DNA from: Zootoca vivipara
Taxonomy: Eukaryota
Length of the DNA stretch: 64,000 nt
Reading direction: 5' to 3'
Assembly (NCBI RefSeq): GCF_963506605.1
Contig: NC_083278.1
Span: 54,312,001-54,376,000 of the forward strand
Shown here: piece by piece, positions 39,666-51,993 of the stretch
Position numbering within the stretch: position 1 is the stretch's first letter
Layout: the number at the start of each line of letters is the position of its first letter
Translations under genes and position numbers: made by a program
The notes under the pieces: model-generated
What the model was told of the DNA's origin: nothing
Databases searched by the model: none
The model's input: the letters and a program-made list of their open reading frames with translations, nothing else

Positions 39666-40115
39666 CATAGCTGCCAAGTATCCCGTATCCGCCGGGAAAA
39701 CCCCTTTTTTCTTACTGTTTCCCGGCGGTATCCCGTTTGGCGATAAATCCCGGCATTCTCCCTTAAATTCGCTTCTTCCCGGCGGCCATTTTTCTGGTGC
39801 CGCTTTGCCCTTCTATGGGCACCAGAAAATGGCGCCGCCGGCGCCGGAAGTCGCTTCCGCGCATGACCGGAAGTTGCGTGACGCGACTTCCGGTGGCGCT
39901 TCGCCCTTCTATGGGCATCAGAAAATGGTGGCGCCGGCGCCGGAAGTCGCTTTTACGTGTTTCCGGTCATGCACGGAAGCGACTTCCGGCGCTGGCGCCG
40001 CCATTTTCTGATGCCCATAGAAGGGTGAAGCGCCACCGGAAGTTGCGTCACGCAACTTCCGGTCATGCGCGCGCTGCCGATCCCGGATCTTTACAACCCG
40101 GACTTGGCAGCTATG
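39666..40115. mobile_element. Young CpG-rich non-autonomous hAT element with an internal palindrome
   Basis: Perfect 14-bp TIRs CATAGCTGCCAAGT / ACTTGGCAGCTATG. Perfect 8-bp TSD TCATAGCC (39658-39665 and 40116-40123). Confidence 0.93.
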
Positions 40116-40329
40116 TCATAGCCTTGGTTGTCCATCTACACAAGGAACCTAGGAGTGAACCCTATTGTAATGCATCTCCCACTCTGTGATACCCTGTAAG
40201 AACAAAGGGAGGTTAAGTGACACTGCAAACAGGGCCTGTGCACGTAGGCCTAGTACGATAGCGTTGTATACACTGGGGAGGAGATTGTGATCCTGGAGGT
40301 TTTTCTCATACTCTACTGCACTGATAGCC

Positions 40330-40377
<48 letters not shown>

Positions 40378-40410
40378 TTTATTATTTATACCCCGCCCAT
40401 CTGGCTGGGG
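40330..40410 (-). mobile_element. L2 extreme 3' end with (AAT)n tail
   Basis: Reverse complement of CCAGCCAGATGGGCGGGGTATAAATAATAA(ATT)n, as seen at 30800-30866. Confidence 0.85.
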
Positions 40411-40419
40411 CAGATCATG

Positions 40420-40545
40420 TGCAAAATAGCCAACATGGTGCTCTCCAGAAGCTTTGGACTCCAGCTCCCATCATCTCCAGCCAATAGTCAGGAATGATGG
40501 GGACTGTAGTCCCCAACAACTGGAAGACACCAGGTTGACTACCTC
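40420..40545. mobile_element. Diverged URR1-like hAT MITE
   Basis: GCCAACATGGTGCTCTCCAGA..GGACTCCAGCTCCCATCAT ... ATGATGGGGACTGTAGTCC..CACCAGGTTG. Confidence 0.65.
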
Positions 40546-40775
40546 CCTTTGGCACGAAGGGAATGTGCTGGAGCAACTGTCACAGGCTTCTATTGGAAAT
40601 TCCTTGCGATACTACTAATGATGAGCCACACAGCCTAATTTCTTCACCATTTGGACAACTTCAAGATTTTAGATCTCGCTTTTTTATTCTTCAGTGAACA
40701 TATACAGTGAGGGGGGAAAGTATTTGATCCCCTGCTAAATTTGCCCATTTGCCCTCTGACGAAGAAATGACCAGT

Positions 40776-40905
40776 GCAACAAACACTCTGTGAGGTGAGT
40801 GGGGCTGAGAGACTTCAAAGAAGTGTGACTAGCCCAAGGTCACCCAGCAGCTGCATGTGGAGGAGTGGGGAATCGAACCCAGTTCACCAGATTACGAGTC
40901 TACCA
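40776..40905 (-). mobile_element. Fragment of a tRNA/CORE-type SINE (Squam3-like) inside the left Tc1 TIR
   Basis: TGTGAGGTGAGTGGGGCTGAGAGA..GCCCAAGGTCACCCAGC..GGAATCGAACCCAG: MIR-core-like sequence plus a reverse B-box. Absent from the right TIR. Confidence 0.75.
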
Positions 40906-41160
40906 AATAACAACAGGAAAACACCCAGAAGACAAAAGTCAGAGATTGATGTGCATTATAATGAGTGAAATAAGTGTTTGATCCCCTATCAACCAGCCAG
41001 ATGTCAGACAGATCTTCACTGTATGTAACGAGCTAAGATTAGAAGGACCTGCTGTAAGGGAGAGAGGTTTTACCTGTAATCCCAGCTCGTTACAGTACCT
41101 GTACAAAAGACACCTGTCGACAGAAGCAATCAGTCCAGCAGATTCCATCAAGTAGCCATC

Positions 41161-42179
41161 ATGACCAAGACCAAAGAGCTGTCCAAGGATGTCAGGGACA
41201 AGGTTGTAGATCTGCAGAAAGCTGGACTGGGCTACAAGACTATTGCCAAGCAGCTTGGTGAGAAGGTGACAACAGTTGGTACAATAATTGGCAAATGGAA
41301 GAAACACAAAATAACTGTCAACCTCCCTCGGTCTGGAGCTCCATGCAAGATCTCATCTTGTGAAATTGCAATGATCATGAGATCATGAAGCAGCCCAGAA
41401 CTACACGGGGGGAACTTGTCAATGATCTCAGGGCAGCTGGGACCATAGTCACCATGAAAACAGTTGGTAACACACTACGCTGTGAAGGACTGAGATCTTG
41501 CAGAGCCCGCAAGATCCCCTTGCTCAAGACAGCACATGTACAGGCCCGTCTGCAGTTTGCCAATGCACATCTGAATGGCCCAGAGGAGAAGTGGGTGAAA
41601 GTGTTGTGGTCAGATGAAACCAAAATCAAGCTCTTTGGCATCAACTCAACTCACCGTGTTTGGAGGAAGAGGAATGCTGCCTACAACCCCAAAAACACTA
41701 TCCCCACCGTCAAACATGGAGGGGGACATACTATGCTTTGGGGGTGTTTTCCTGCTAAGGGGACAGGACACCTTCACTGCATCGAAGGGACGATGGACGG
41801 GACCATGTATTGTCATATCTTGGGTGAGCACCTCCTTCCCTCAGCCAGGGCATTGAAAATGGGTCAAGGATGGGTATTCCAGCATGGCAATGACCCAAAA
41901 CACACAGCCAAAGCAGCAAAGGAGTGGCTCAAGAAGAAGCACATTAAGGTCCTGGAGTGGCCTAGCCAGTCTCCAGACCTTAATCCCATCAAAAATCTGT
42001 GGAGGGAGCTGAAGGTTCGAGTAGCTATACATCAGCCTTGAAATCTTACTGACTTGGAGAGGATCTGCAAAGAGGAGTAGGACAAAGTAGCTCCTGAGAT
42101 GTGTGCAAACCTGGTGGCCCCCTACAAGAAACGTCTGACCTCTGTAATTGCCAACAAGGGTTTTGCCACCAAGTACTAA
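41161..42179 (+). pseudogene. Tc1 transposase pseudogene
   Basis: [16 protein letters not shown]... with a frameshift near 41385. WSDE is intact, the second Asp is mutated (QHGND) and the Glu is mutated (NPIKN). Two in-frame stops precede ...NKGFATKY* at 42177-42179. Confidence 0.93.
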
Positions 42180-43330
42180 GTCATCTTTTGCAAAGGGATC
42201 AAATACTTATTTCACTGATTATAATGCACATCAATCTCTGACTTTTGTCTTCTGGGTTTCTGGGGGTTTTCTTCTTGTTATTCTGTCTCTCACAGCTACA
42301 ATAAACCTACCATTAAAATTATGGACTGGTCATTTCTTCATCAGAGGGTAAATGGGCAAATTTAGCAGTGGATCAAATACTTTCCCCCCAACTGCTTCTA
42401 CCTGTGGATTTTACACTTGGTGAAGTGCCATATAATGTTTGTTCTGCATCTGTTGGTAATTTATTGTGGCAGCATCTTTGTTTCATTTCGCCTATTCATG
42501 CACAAATTTTTGTTATGTATACTTGTTTTTAATGTTTGCCGATTTTATGTTTACTGTTGATAATTGTTGTATGTATACTTCTTAGAGTGTTCTTTTAATT
42601 AAATGGTTTATAGTTCTTAAACAAACATTTTTAAGTATTCAAAGCAATTCACATGCTTCATTTCGGTAACCCTATTATCAGCATTTTACAAATGGCAGAG
42701 GGGGTGACACAGATGAGTTGGGTGGCTGGCCCAAGAATTTGCTCATTCAGTAGTATTGTTTTTCCTTTGCCACTTTAATGTTTTGTTTTGTTGGGGTTTT
42801 TTTTTAAGATTCTTTGGCAGCTTGGCATTTCCTCCGCCCCTCTTCTTTTCTAGAATATGCAACCATGCAGATATTTATAAAGAGATGGGGCAGATCTCAA
42901 CACAAGGCCATTTACTCATTCATTATATGCACATGGATATGATGCTATTGTTTCCGGATTCAGGCTTGCAGGAGTGCTATGGAAAGTATAATAATGTTAG
43001 GGTGAATTTTTTACAATGTGAAAAGGCCTTCACTGGGAAAGTGGGGGGGGGTATTATTGTATACTAATTTTCTATATGAATTTCATTTCTGAGTGAAAGG
43101 GAAAAAATGAGTGAATTTTTGAAAGAATTTTCCAGCATCGCAGCACACCAATGCAGCCATTATAGCTATCTATCACTGTGGCAAATGTATAATTATGTTA
43201 AAGTATTGCAATTTTCATAGCAAAAATAAATAAATGCAGGGAAGATTGTTTTTGTCTTATAAGCGCACACCATTGTTGAGAATTCCAGCCACTTTTACTG
43301 TATATCTAATTCTGTTCCCTTTTGTTTAAG

Positions 43331-43391
43331 CTGGCAGGATTCATCTACGCCTGTTATGTTGTGAAATGTATCACCGAAGAAGAGGACAGCT
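43331..43391 (+). CDS. NKAIN2: Internal coding exon of Na+/K+-transporting ATPase interacting protein 2 (equivalent to human exon 5)
   Basis: Polypyrimidine acceptor ttctgttccctttttgtttaag precedes a 61-bp exon translating LAGFIYACYVVKCITEEEDS+T, followed by the donor gtaagt. The peptide matches the recalled NKAIN2 C-terminal region (...QIVLA LAGFIYACYVVKCITEEEDS FDFIGG...). It is too short for the ORF track. Flanking exons were not found in the window. Confidence 0.95.
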
Positions 43392-44438
43392 GTAAGTAAT
43401 AAAGGTTTATTACATGCCAGTTGAAACTATTTTTTATATCATCCATCTCACTCATCCATCCCACTCCAATATCATTCTGAATACTTTGTCATACTGTAAA
43501 ATGAGAAATGGGTTGGGGGCAGGGGGTAGAATATTTGAACTTAGGCCATGACAGTTCGGAGCAAATGGTGGAAATGATAAAATGCAGCTACAGAAAATAA
43601 TTACTTTCTGAAATGAAACACTACAAAACAAAACTTCCTCTAAAAATACCGGTACTTCACAAAGACCATACTTCTTGCTTCTCATTCATCTTAATTCTTG
43701 CTCTACTAATGTGTGGGTAAAGTTCTTGTAAGGTTACTATTCAGATTTGTTGTAGTAGTTTTCACAAGAATAGAGTGCAACAGTTTCATTTCATGTTAGT
43801 TCATGTTTCTTCCAATCAAAAATAGACCAGGAAAGGGGTTAAATGCTTGGAGTTTCTCCTGGTTTGTTGTGTCTGAAAAACCCTGTTGAGTGGAATGAAG
43901 TACATAAACATAAGGCAGTGACTTTAGCTTATCTTCCTATAATCTTGCTTTTTACCTAATCACTTTTATTGTTTGGTTCAGTTTGCTATCAATATCAATC
44001 AATTAATCTTTATTTGCATTTTCACTGACCAGCATTTTCACTGACCAGTTTCTCCTGTATATATGAGCATATATCAATAGACAAACTTTATAAATAAATG
44101 TAAATATCATAGCCATACAAAAACATAGCCACTATAGAAATCAAAAATACACTTCCTGTTAAGAACAGTTTACTCACTCCTTTCAGTCTAGCAAACGCAT
44201 GCTGGGGAGGAACAAACTGCAACCCCTGGCTTATGTCTGAACCAGAGATTGTGATTCATTTAGCTCTCAAACACAGATGATCAGTAACTCCCAAACAAAC
44301 CTTGTCTTATCTCTGTGGAGTGAAACCAAGCACATCCCCTCTTTCAGACACAACACCAAGCCAGTGATTATGGTTTGTTTCTCTGCAGCACAAATGGGGT
44401 GCAGTGAAGAGGGTACAGTTGGCTTGTGTATGGTATAT

Positions 44439-44546
44439 CAGGAGTGGAGAACCTTTGGCCCTCTAGATGTTCCTGACCTACAACTCCCATCAGCCCTGGT
44501 AAGCATGCCCAATGATCATGGATGATGGGAGTTGTAGTTCAGCAAC
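44439..44546. mobile_element. Diverged URR1-like hAT MITE
   Basis: CAGGAGTGGAGAACCTTTGGCCCTCTAGATGTT..CTACAACTCCCATCA ... TGATGGGAGTTGTAGTTCAGCAAC. Confidence 0.7.
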
Positions 44547-46119
44547 TTTGTGAGCTGGTTTCCTGTGATCTCCAAATGTGGTCAATATTTCTCACACAGG
44601 GGTCAAGAAAGAGGAAGCTCCATGTTCTCTCCCCCTCCCCAATATTTATACACACCTTTACCTGTGTTGTTTCCCAACCTCTGCCAGAAGCAGCCATTTA
44701 TGTGGAGCACAATGTAATGATGTCATGATACAGATAAGTATGCCTAAACGTAGGAAAGTGCAGGGGTGAAACTACCATGGAACTGCCATTTTCAGCAGCA
44801 GTCTGCTGAAGAGGTCATCTAGCTATATCCTGAATACATAAAAACTCAGTTTAGAATATTTCAGTAACCACCATAGTTCCAACATTCTGAAATTGCACTA
44901 AATTTAAGCAAGAGAAATTTAAGGAACTATATGGATTTAACCACATGTGGTTTTCTCGTTATCAAACCAAAATTCTTTCCATGTTTGGGGACAGAATACA
45001 TACATATCTTATGGTCACAGTGGTGATAGAAAAGCAATGCAGGAGGGTGTCTAGATGTGTTGGCATCATCTGCCAGAGCACCATGGTAATCCCTGGGTCC
45101 TACTTGCTCTGTAGTCAGTGAGGTAATAATGGGGCTTTCAAGTTTCTTTGTGACAAATTAGAGTAGAGGAAGCCAGAGAATAAAGAAAATAGACAAGACA
45201 AGTCTGGGTGCTTCTTTCTTTTTGATGGGATCCCTAATCCATGCTAGCAGTTTAAACAGCAGCACTTCTTTACAAGGTTGTTTGCATTTGAAATTAAAAT
45301 GTAAAATGTTGCATTTTAGCTGGCTGAAGATGTTTTGTTGAAGTTCAATGCACAATGCATTCTGCAAATTGAACCTATGCAGTCAGAAGTAAGCATCACT
45401 GGATTCAGTTGAGCTTATGGTTGGCTGTGGTGGTTTTTGTTTCATAGTTGAGCTTATTAAAAAAACAACCAATGCATAGGATTGCAGACATGCTCATCCC
45501 AATAAATTTGATGTTATGTTATGTACTGTAGCTGCTCTCTCTGTGCGTGTTAAGGGAATAACACATCCAACGTCATTTTTAGACTTTCCTTGGAATATGG
45601 CTATGAGGAGAAGCTTTCATGATATATTCCTGAACTTCAAAATTTATCACTACACCACTGCTTAAGGCTGCTCTTTTCCTCTCTCACATTTTACATGCAG
45701 CCTAGGGTTTGCTATGAGGAAATTCACTCTCAACAGTAGTTCAGGGTCTGACATAAAACATCATGTTTTAATGATCAGAGAATGTGCCAGTGTGTGCAGT
45801 CTGAATTGATTTGTCTTTCTGTTCAGTTGTTTACGTCCTGACCTGTCTTAAAGGTGTAGGGCAAGTAACCAACATGCTTTCAATTATTGCTATCCATATG
45901 GATAATATTTCAGTAGATCTACTGATCAGGATTATGACTTGTCTGGGCACCATCCTGCATGTCTGCCATGAGAATGATGTTTGCCAGTTTCAATCTCTTG
46001 GTTACCTTCATTTTCCTATAAAAATTAGATGATGTGGAGTTTCTGGTGCCCAGAACATGCCCAAATAATACATTAAATACAGTGGTCTGCGCTTGTTCAA
46101 AAAGTTTATATTCCATAGC

Positions 46120-46234
46120 TAATTTGTGGCCCTCCAGATATTGTTGGGCTACAGCTCCCATCATCACTGACCACCTTGTCTGGGTCTGGTGAGAATTAGA
46201 ATCCAACAACAGGATTACAGGTTAGCCACACCTG
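46120..46234. mobile_element. Diverged URR1-like hAT MITE
   Basis: TGTGGCCCTCCAGATATTGTTGGGCTACAGCTCCCATCATC ... ACAGGTTAGCCACACCTG. Confidence 0.65.
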
Positions 46235-47518
46235 CTACAGAACTTCTAAGCCGGGATCCATAGCTGCCCCACCTTCCATGGCCCACTTTGACAGGGCCAT
46301 GGAAAAGGCCGCCAAATTCAAAAAGTGCTGGATCAACTGGAAATACTCAGGAGTAGAGTTAGAGCGCACCCCCAGTTATTCCTTTTTTGCATGGTCCTGT
46401 GGGCTGACCCATCCCAATCCCATGCCTGATGTCAGATGGTGTCATGAGATAGACAGGAAGGCATGTTTTAGGTCAAAACATGCCATGGGTCAAATGTGGA
46501 GGCCTGGTGGCTACAGGACACAGGTTCCCCGGTACTATTTTAAGGGTTAGGGTTAGGATTCAACTGAGTAGATGCACAGAAGGGAGGGTCATGGAAAGTG
46601 GATGGAAAATAGCAAAGGGTAGCCAAGGTATCTAAATAGGATATAAATCTCTATGAGAAATTCTGTGGAAGTAATAATGGGGGAGAGATAAGAGACCCAT
46701 TAAGGGAATAGGAAACCCAAGGTCTGTGTTGCCCCAGTCCCTTTCCTTCTGCATCACTCTCTGTTGATATTGATATCGTAAAGCATTTGTCTTCCTAAAG
46801 TCATTGGCATTATTAGCTGCAGCAATTTAAAACCACTAAAATGTCAACACCTATCTTTCCTGGGTGGGATATAATCTTTCCCAAGCATCTTGTTTGTGTG
46901 TTTTGTTTTTTTTGGGAAATCTTATTAGAGCTACATTTTCTTAAAATTGCACAGTAATTCTATTACTTTGAAATATTCATTTAATCAGTTTAAGCTCTCT
47001 AGCAATTTGACTCCTCTAGTACAAGCTTTATGTCAGGAAATTCCAACAATTCAATATGTTTTTTTGAAAACATCATTAAATATTTAGTTACTTAGTGAAA
47101 AGCTCTCGAGGGTCATCAATAAAACAGCAGCCTTGTGGGATTTGTAGGTTACATGAAATTAAAAGAAGAGACTTGCTATTCACTGAATTCTTTCCCTCCG
47201 GGCTCTTCTCTGCCTGAGGAAGAAGGGCTGATGCAAACCGGGCATTCAGAAGACACGGCCATGACTGTCTAGAGAAGCACAGTGTGGTTGGCCATGGAAA
47301 CGCCAACTTATCTCATAAGAGCAATGTCTTCTTTCAATGTTCATGACTCCATCTTTGGATGTACACACTGGCTTCCCCCAAGCAGCAATATTTGGCTTAA
47401 AGCGGAGGTCAGGAAGGGAGAATCCAATGCAGAGTTTTTGTTGCATTTCAGTATTTTGCATTAATGCTTGTTACTCTGCATCACCTCCCTTGCTTTCTTC
47501 CCCTTGTTTTATTCGAAG

Positions 47519-47619
47519 CAAACACCCAAAAAATGGCTGAACTACTAATGCCACAATTACTATTATTAGAAAACATGATCTGTGCTTTGTGTGGCTTCTA
47601 TCCTCCTTTTCTACTATGA
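47519..47619 (+). CDS. Candidate alternative terminal coding exon of NKAIN2 (SNTQKMAELLMPQLLLLENMICALCGFYPPFLL*)
   Basis: A long pyrimidine tract and AG (47517-47518) are followed by a frame that stays open in the phase-1 register left by exon 43331-43391, up to TGA at 47617-47619. AATAAA lies at 47672-47677. Inference only; no transcript evidence. Confidence 0.4.
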
Positions 47620-47857
47620 AATCAGATCTTGAGGAATACTTCACCTTGTGACTGTTGCGGTGAATGACCTTAATAAAAGTAGTCAATAACCAAATATCAA
47701 TTTATTAATGAATTAATATATCTATAAAGAAAGGTCTATCTACTGAGTTCAGTTGGGCTTATTCCCAGGTAAGTGTTTGTAGGAGTATATTTCAATGCTG
47801 CAATCCTATATATACTTTCTTGGAAATAAATCTTATTGAAGAGGTATATTAGAACCA

Positions 47858-48051
47858 GGCCCTGTGGAACGCCCTCCCATAAGATGTCAAGGAAATAAAC
47901 AACTATCTGACTTTTAGAAGACATTTGAAGTCAGCCCTGTTTAGGGAAGTTTTTAATGTTTGATGTTTTATCAACTTTTTACTATTCTGCTGTGAACTGC
48001 CCAGAGTGGCTGGGGAAACCCAGCCAGATGGGTGTGGTATAAATAATAAAA

Positions 48052-48087
<36 letters not shown>
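47858..48087 (+). mobile_element. L2 3' end (same family as 30259-30866) with (GTA)n tail
   Basis: GCCCTGTGGAACGCCCTCCCA..AGATGTCAA.. through GGGGAAACCCAGCCAGATGG..ATAAATAATAAA, then (AGT)n. Confidence 0.9.
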
Positions 48088-49294
48088 TTTCAGAGTAACG
48101 TGATTAGGAGATGGTTAAACACTGCCAGCCTAAATTCACTTACTGGAGAGGAAGTCCTATGAAAATCAGTGTGACTTGCTTCAGATGTAGTAGATCAGAC
48201 AGAAAGGTAGAACATTAAATATTCTGATTTGTTTAGTTCCTACTTGCTGATCCATGCCTTGCTGATTTCTTGCTGAACATGTTCCAGGACACTAAATACC
48301 AATATCTGTTAATGTGAATGCTCAATATTTCTTGGAAATCAATACTAGGTTGGGTTAAAATGCTGTTAGAATGTGGATTTATTCCAGCCATTTAAGCCAC
48401 ACCTTATAGTGAAGCATGCATTTTAATCCATTTAATGCATTTTAGTGCAGACCTAGTAATGTTGTTTATTCCACATAAATGCATGTTGCACATGTGACAT
48501 CAGAATTTATCAAGTATCTTTTTTTAACTTACTGAATATTGCAATATTGTGCTATTCATGTTCTAAAAACAGTGCATTCTAATGTTGCAGTAAAGATGCA
48601 AAGTTGTTGTATTTTCTGTCTTTAAATTTCAGTAACTGATAGCTGTACATCTCACACCCTTCAGACAACTGATCCAGGGACAGTGATTGCATGTGGCAGC
48701 AGGCTCTGTTCTGAATTTATGCATGTTCAGTGGAACAGGAACACTCACCTATTTAAAATGCTGAGTTTGATATTTAAAGCCCTTGATGGGGCACGACTTT
48801 GGCTCCAGGGGAAAGGGTCTTTTCAGTGTGGCACCCCAGCTGTGGAATGATGGCATTGCGGCACCTAAGACCTTTTTATTATTTCCAGGCTTTTAAAGAG
48901 CTTCCGGGTGGCAGCTTAGGATTGTAAACATTGAACTATCACAAACTAATCATTGACAAGAGACTTTATTATTACAGGTTTTTTCCTGGAAAGGGTTCAT
49001 CTTAATTAAGCATGGGAAAATACAGGATGACATTTTAATGACAATGACAGCATGTAGATGAAATAAATTGCATGCTTGAGCAGCACCTTTCTGAAAAGCA
49101 CCCTTAATTTCTATCCTTTGTTTTTATACTGTTCGGTTTTTTTTTGTTGTTGTTGTTGTTTTGTTTTTCCCCCAGACTGGTTTTATACTGCTGTTTTATG
49201 TTGTGGTATTTTTACATTATTGTTTTAATTTGTTTGATTGTGATTTAAACTTTTTGTGCACTGCCCTGAAAGCTAGTTGAAGGGGAGTACATGA

Positions 49295-49328
<34 letters not shown>

Positions 49329-50340
49329 TGCCCACACAAATTATATGAGAGATTGGGCATATAGCACTGGGTCCCCAGTGTTAAAGACAAACTCATGTGC
49401 AATTGGTTTGTCTTTACACTGCCTGTGTATTCTCACATTCTTCTGAACCCAAGTAAAGTAAGAGATGGAGCTTGCTGCTTTGAGCCTGCTCCTTTCTCCC
49501 AGACTCTGGATCAGTTGTCTCTAGAGGGCTGCTTGTGTTTATACAATGGTGTATATACATTTACTTAGGCTTTTCCCTTCACACTTCTTTTGAGTCTTTG
49601 ATCTACTCCATAGTTGGTATTCCAGACTTTTATACAATGTCAGTGCTAAATGCCCCACGCAGTCAGCCAGCCAGTAGGACATAGGCTGAAAAATAAACAG
49701 TTGAACACTGGACTCTTTCTTTAAAAGCTGTAAAACTAGGATGCAAAAGAGAGATACAGAAATAGACAGCAAACATTGCATTGTCAGGGGAGTAGTTTGT
49801 TATATGGATCCATGTTCCTGTTTTGTATGCATTTCCTCCCTCCCTTCCTCCTCAGGGATCCTTTTATGTGGCCAGAATAATTCAAGATCATGCAGAATTT
49901 GCAGCCTAACAAACTAGAATGCTCTGAGATTACTATCGCTTACATTGTTTTGGTCCTATAAATGGTTCCTTGAGGCACAGAAAAACCAAACCAAATGTAT
50001 GCATGTATTTGAAGCTCTAACACAATTTCAAAAGCTTGAATATTTTCCCCAGCTGTTCAGCAAGCCTTTAATAAGAAAACATGATGTTGGGGAAAATGAG
50101 AACGGTTATCGGAGCAATCCTATACTCACATAACCTCGGGTCTGGAGATATACTGCCACTACAGCCAACATATCTAATGTTTACTAAGTCCAGGTGGGGA
50201 GGGGAGGGTAAGAAACACACAACTGGAAAATTCAAAACAGCATGAAAATGGCAGATATAAACCCAGTGTCCAAATGAACACTGCCAAAGCCCTCCAGTCA
50301 TAAACAGTATCATCTATGGCACCCACATGCTACCCAAACG

Positions 50341-50987
50341 CAGTGGCAGAGCATATACCCACACTGCCCAGGGCATGCACATTCCCAAGAGGTGCAGAGG
50401 GTGCCCTCCTAGGTGTGGGATAGCTGTGCACGCACCCACCGATCCCGCTTCCTTCCTCTCCTCTTCCCGGTCGCCTGCCTCCTTCCCTCCTCTCCCCTGC
50501 CTGCCTGTCTCCTCCAGCCAGGAGCACAGGGCAATGGAGCACCATCCACCCATCACTCCTGCACCTACCGCCAGCCATCAGGGGAAGGCACAAGCTGCTG
50601 TGCTGCACTCCCAGCTGGAGGAGGCAGGCAGGCAGGGGAGAGGACAGGAAGGAGGCAGGTGAATGGAAAGGGGAGAAGAAGGAAGCAGCTCAGCAGCCCC
50701 CCCCTGCCCCTTCCCCCCACGGCTCGCGGTAGGCGTGGGAGTCTGAGTCACGGGCGGGCAGAGCACCGAATGTCACGCCCGCTTAGGGATGACTCCCGGA
50801 GCGGTCCACGCCCCACCACCACCACCTTTCTCTGCCGGTGCCCATACGTGGAAGGAGCCAGAAAACTGTTGGCAATGGGGGGGGGACACACTGCAATTCA
50901 TTGCATCACTATACAGCATACAAGATGGTGCTGAAGCAACCCCACACCATCAGCCCCAGTGGCTTAGCCAGCAATGACCCTGCTACT
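50341..50987. mobile_element. GC-rich putative non-autonomous DNA element
   Basis: Begins CAGTGGCAGAG and ends CTGCTACTG (loose inverted ends). GC-rich interior in an AT-rich context. No TSD seen. Confidence 0.35.
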
Positions 50988-51993
50988 GCTAGGCAATCCC
51001 CATCTCTATAGACAAGGGTTAAAATCCACTTATGTTCCTCTCATTTACTCTTTTTATGAGCACAACACACACAGCCTCCAGTGGCTCACTCTATAGGTCC
51101 CAGGGTTGGGAAGCAGAAGAGTTCAAGCCCCAGCAAGGGAAAAGGAAAAATGTGGCTCAATTCTTCTCTTGCATGCCTGGCTTTAAAAAAGAAATATCAT
51201 GGCACCTCAAACTTACACTGCAGGCTCCACAGAGCAGCTCCCTAACAACTCAGCCACAGCAGTAGGCATCAAACACCTCCTAGACTGGAGTATCCTATTT
51301 TTCTGCTGCCCTCAGCCTCAACCTCAGGAGTGCAGAAGCTGTGAGATGAGTCCTGGTTGGATAGAACAGGCCATGGTTTCAATGCAGGGGATACATTGTT
51401 CAAAGCCAAGGTATAACACCAAACCCCAGACACACCTGAGCCAATTGAAACACCACATGGACCCAATGCCCACCCCATTTGGTCCATTCCTGGCAGCCCA
51501 TGTGACCAATGGAACCCTGCCCTGATATCTTGCCTAATAGGCTGACACTACTAGGTAGGATCCCAGCAGGTAACATTTTCTCCCATCTCCATTTTCTCCC
51601 ACATCCTCAACTCATAGCACCCTTGCAGCAGCCTTCATTCCACTTGTGCTCCCTGATACGCCTGCTCCCTTGCTGTCCATGTGTCTGACTGAGCAAAGAG
51701 GGAAGAGAGTCATTGCCCCTAGCCTATCAAGCTCTAGATCCAACCTCACAGTCCCATGCCACTCTGGCATGGGGTGCCTAGTAACGGGAAGGGGGGGGGG
51801 AAGAGTAGCAATTTCATTGTGCTCATATGGAGGATCCAGAAAGGGGAAAACATATATGTGGAGTTAGCACTCCCTCAGGGCCCCTGTGTCTTGGACAGTG
51901 CCTCAACAAACAGTGAGGGTGGCAAGTGCAATGTCCCCTATGGCATCTACTAAAACAAGTAGATTAACAACCCCATGGAGGAACATCCTAGAG

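Larger units (their letters stand above)
40705..42394 (+). mobile_element. Tc1 (DD34E) DNA transposon, IR/DR type, near full length, inactive
   Basis: Starts TA|CAGTG. TIRs of about 200 bp carry inner and outer direct repeats (AAGT(A/G)TTTGATCCC). The right end ..TTTCCCCCCAACTG lacks the flanking TA. Confidence 0.95.

Noticed and set aside
51668-51690. Reverse RE1-like half site (GCTGTCCATG), also near 28194
   Set aside because: The other half-site is poorly matched or mis-spaced.
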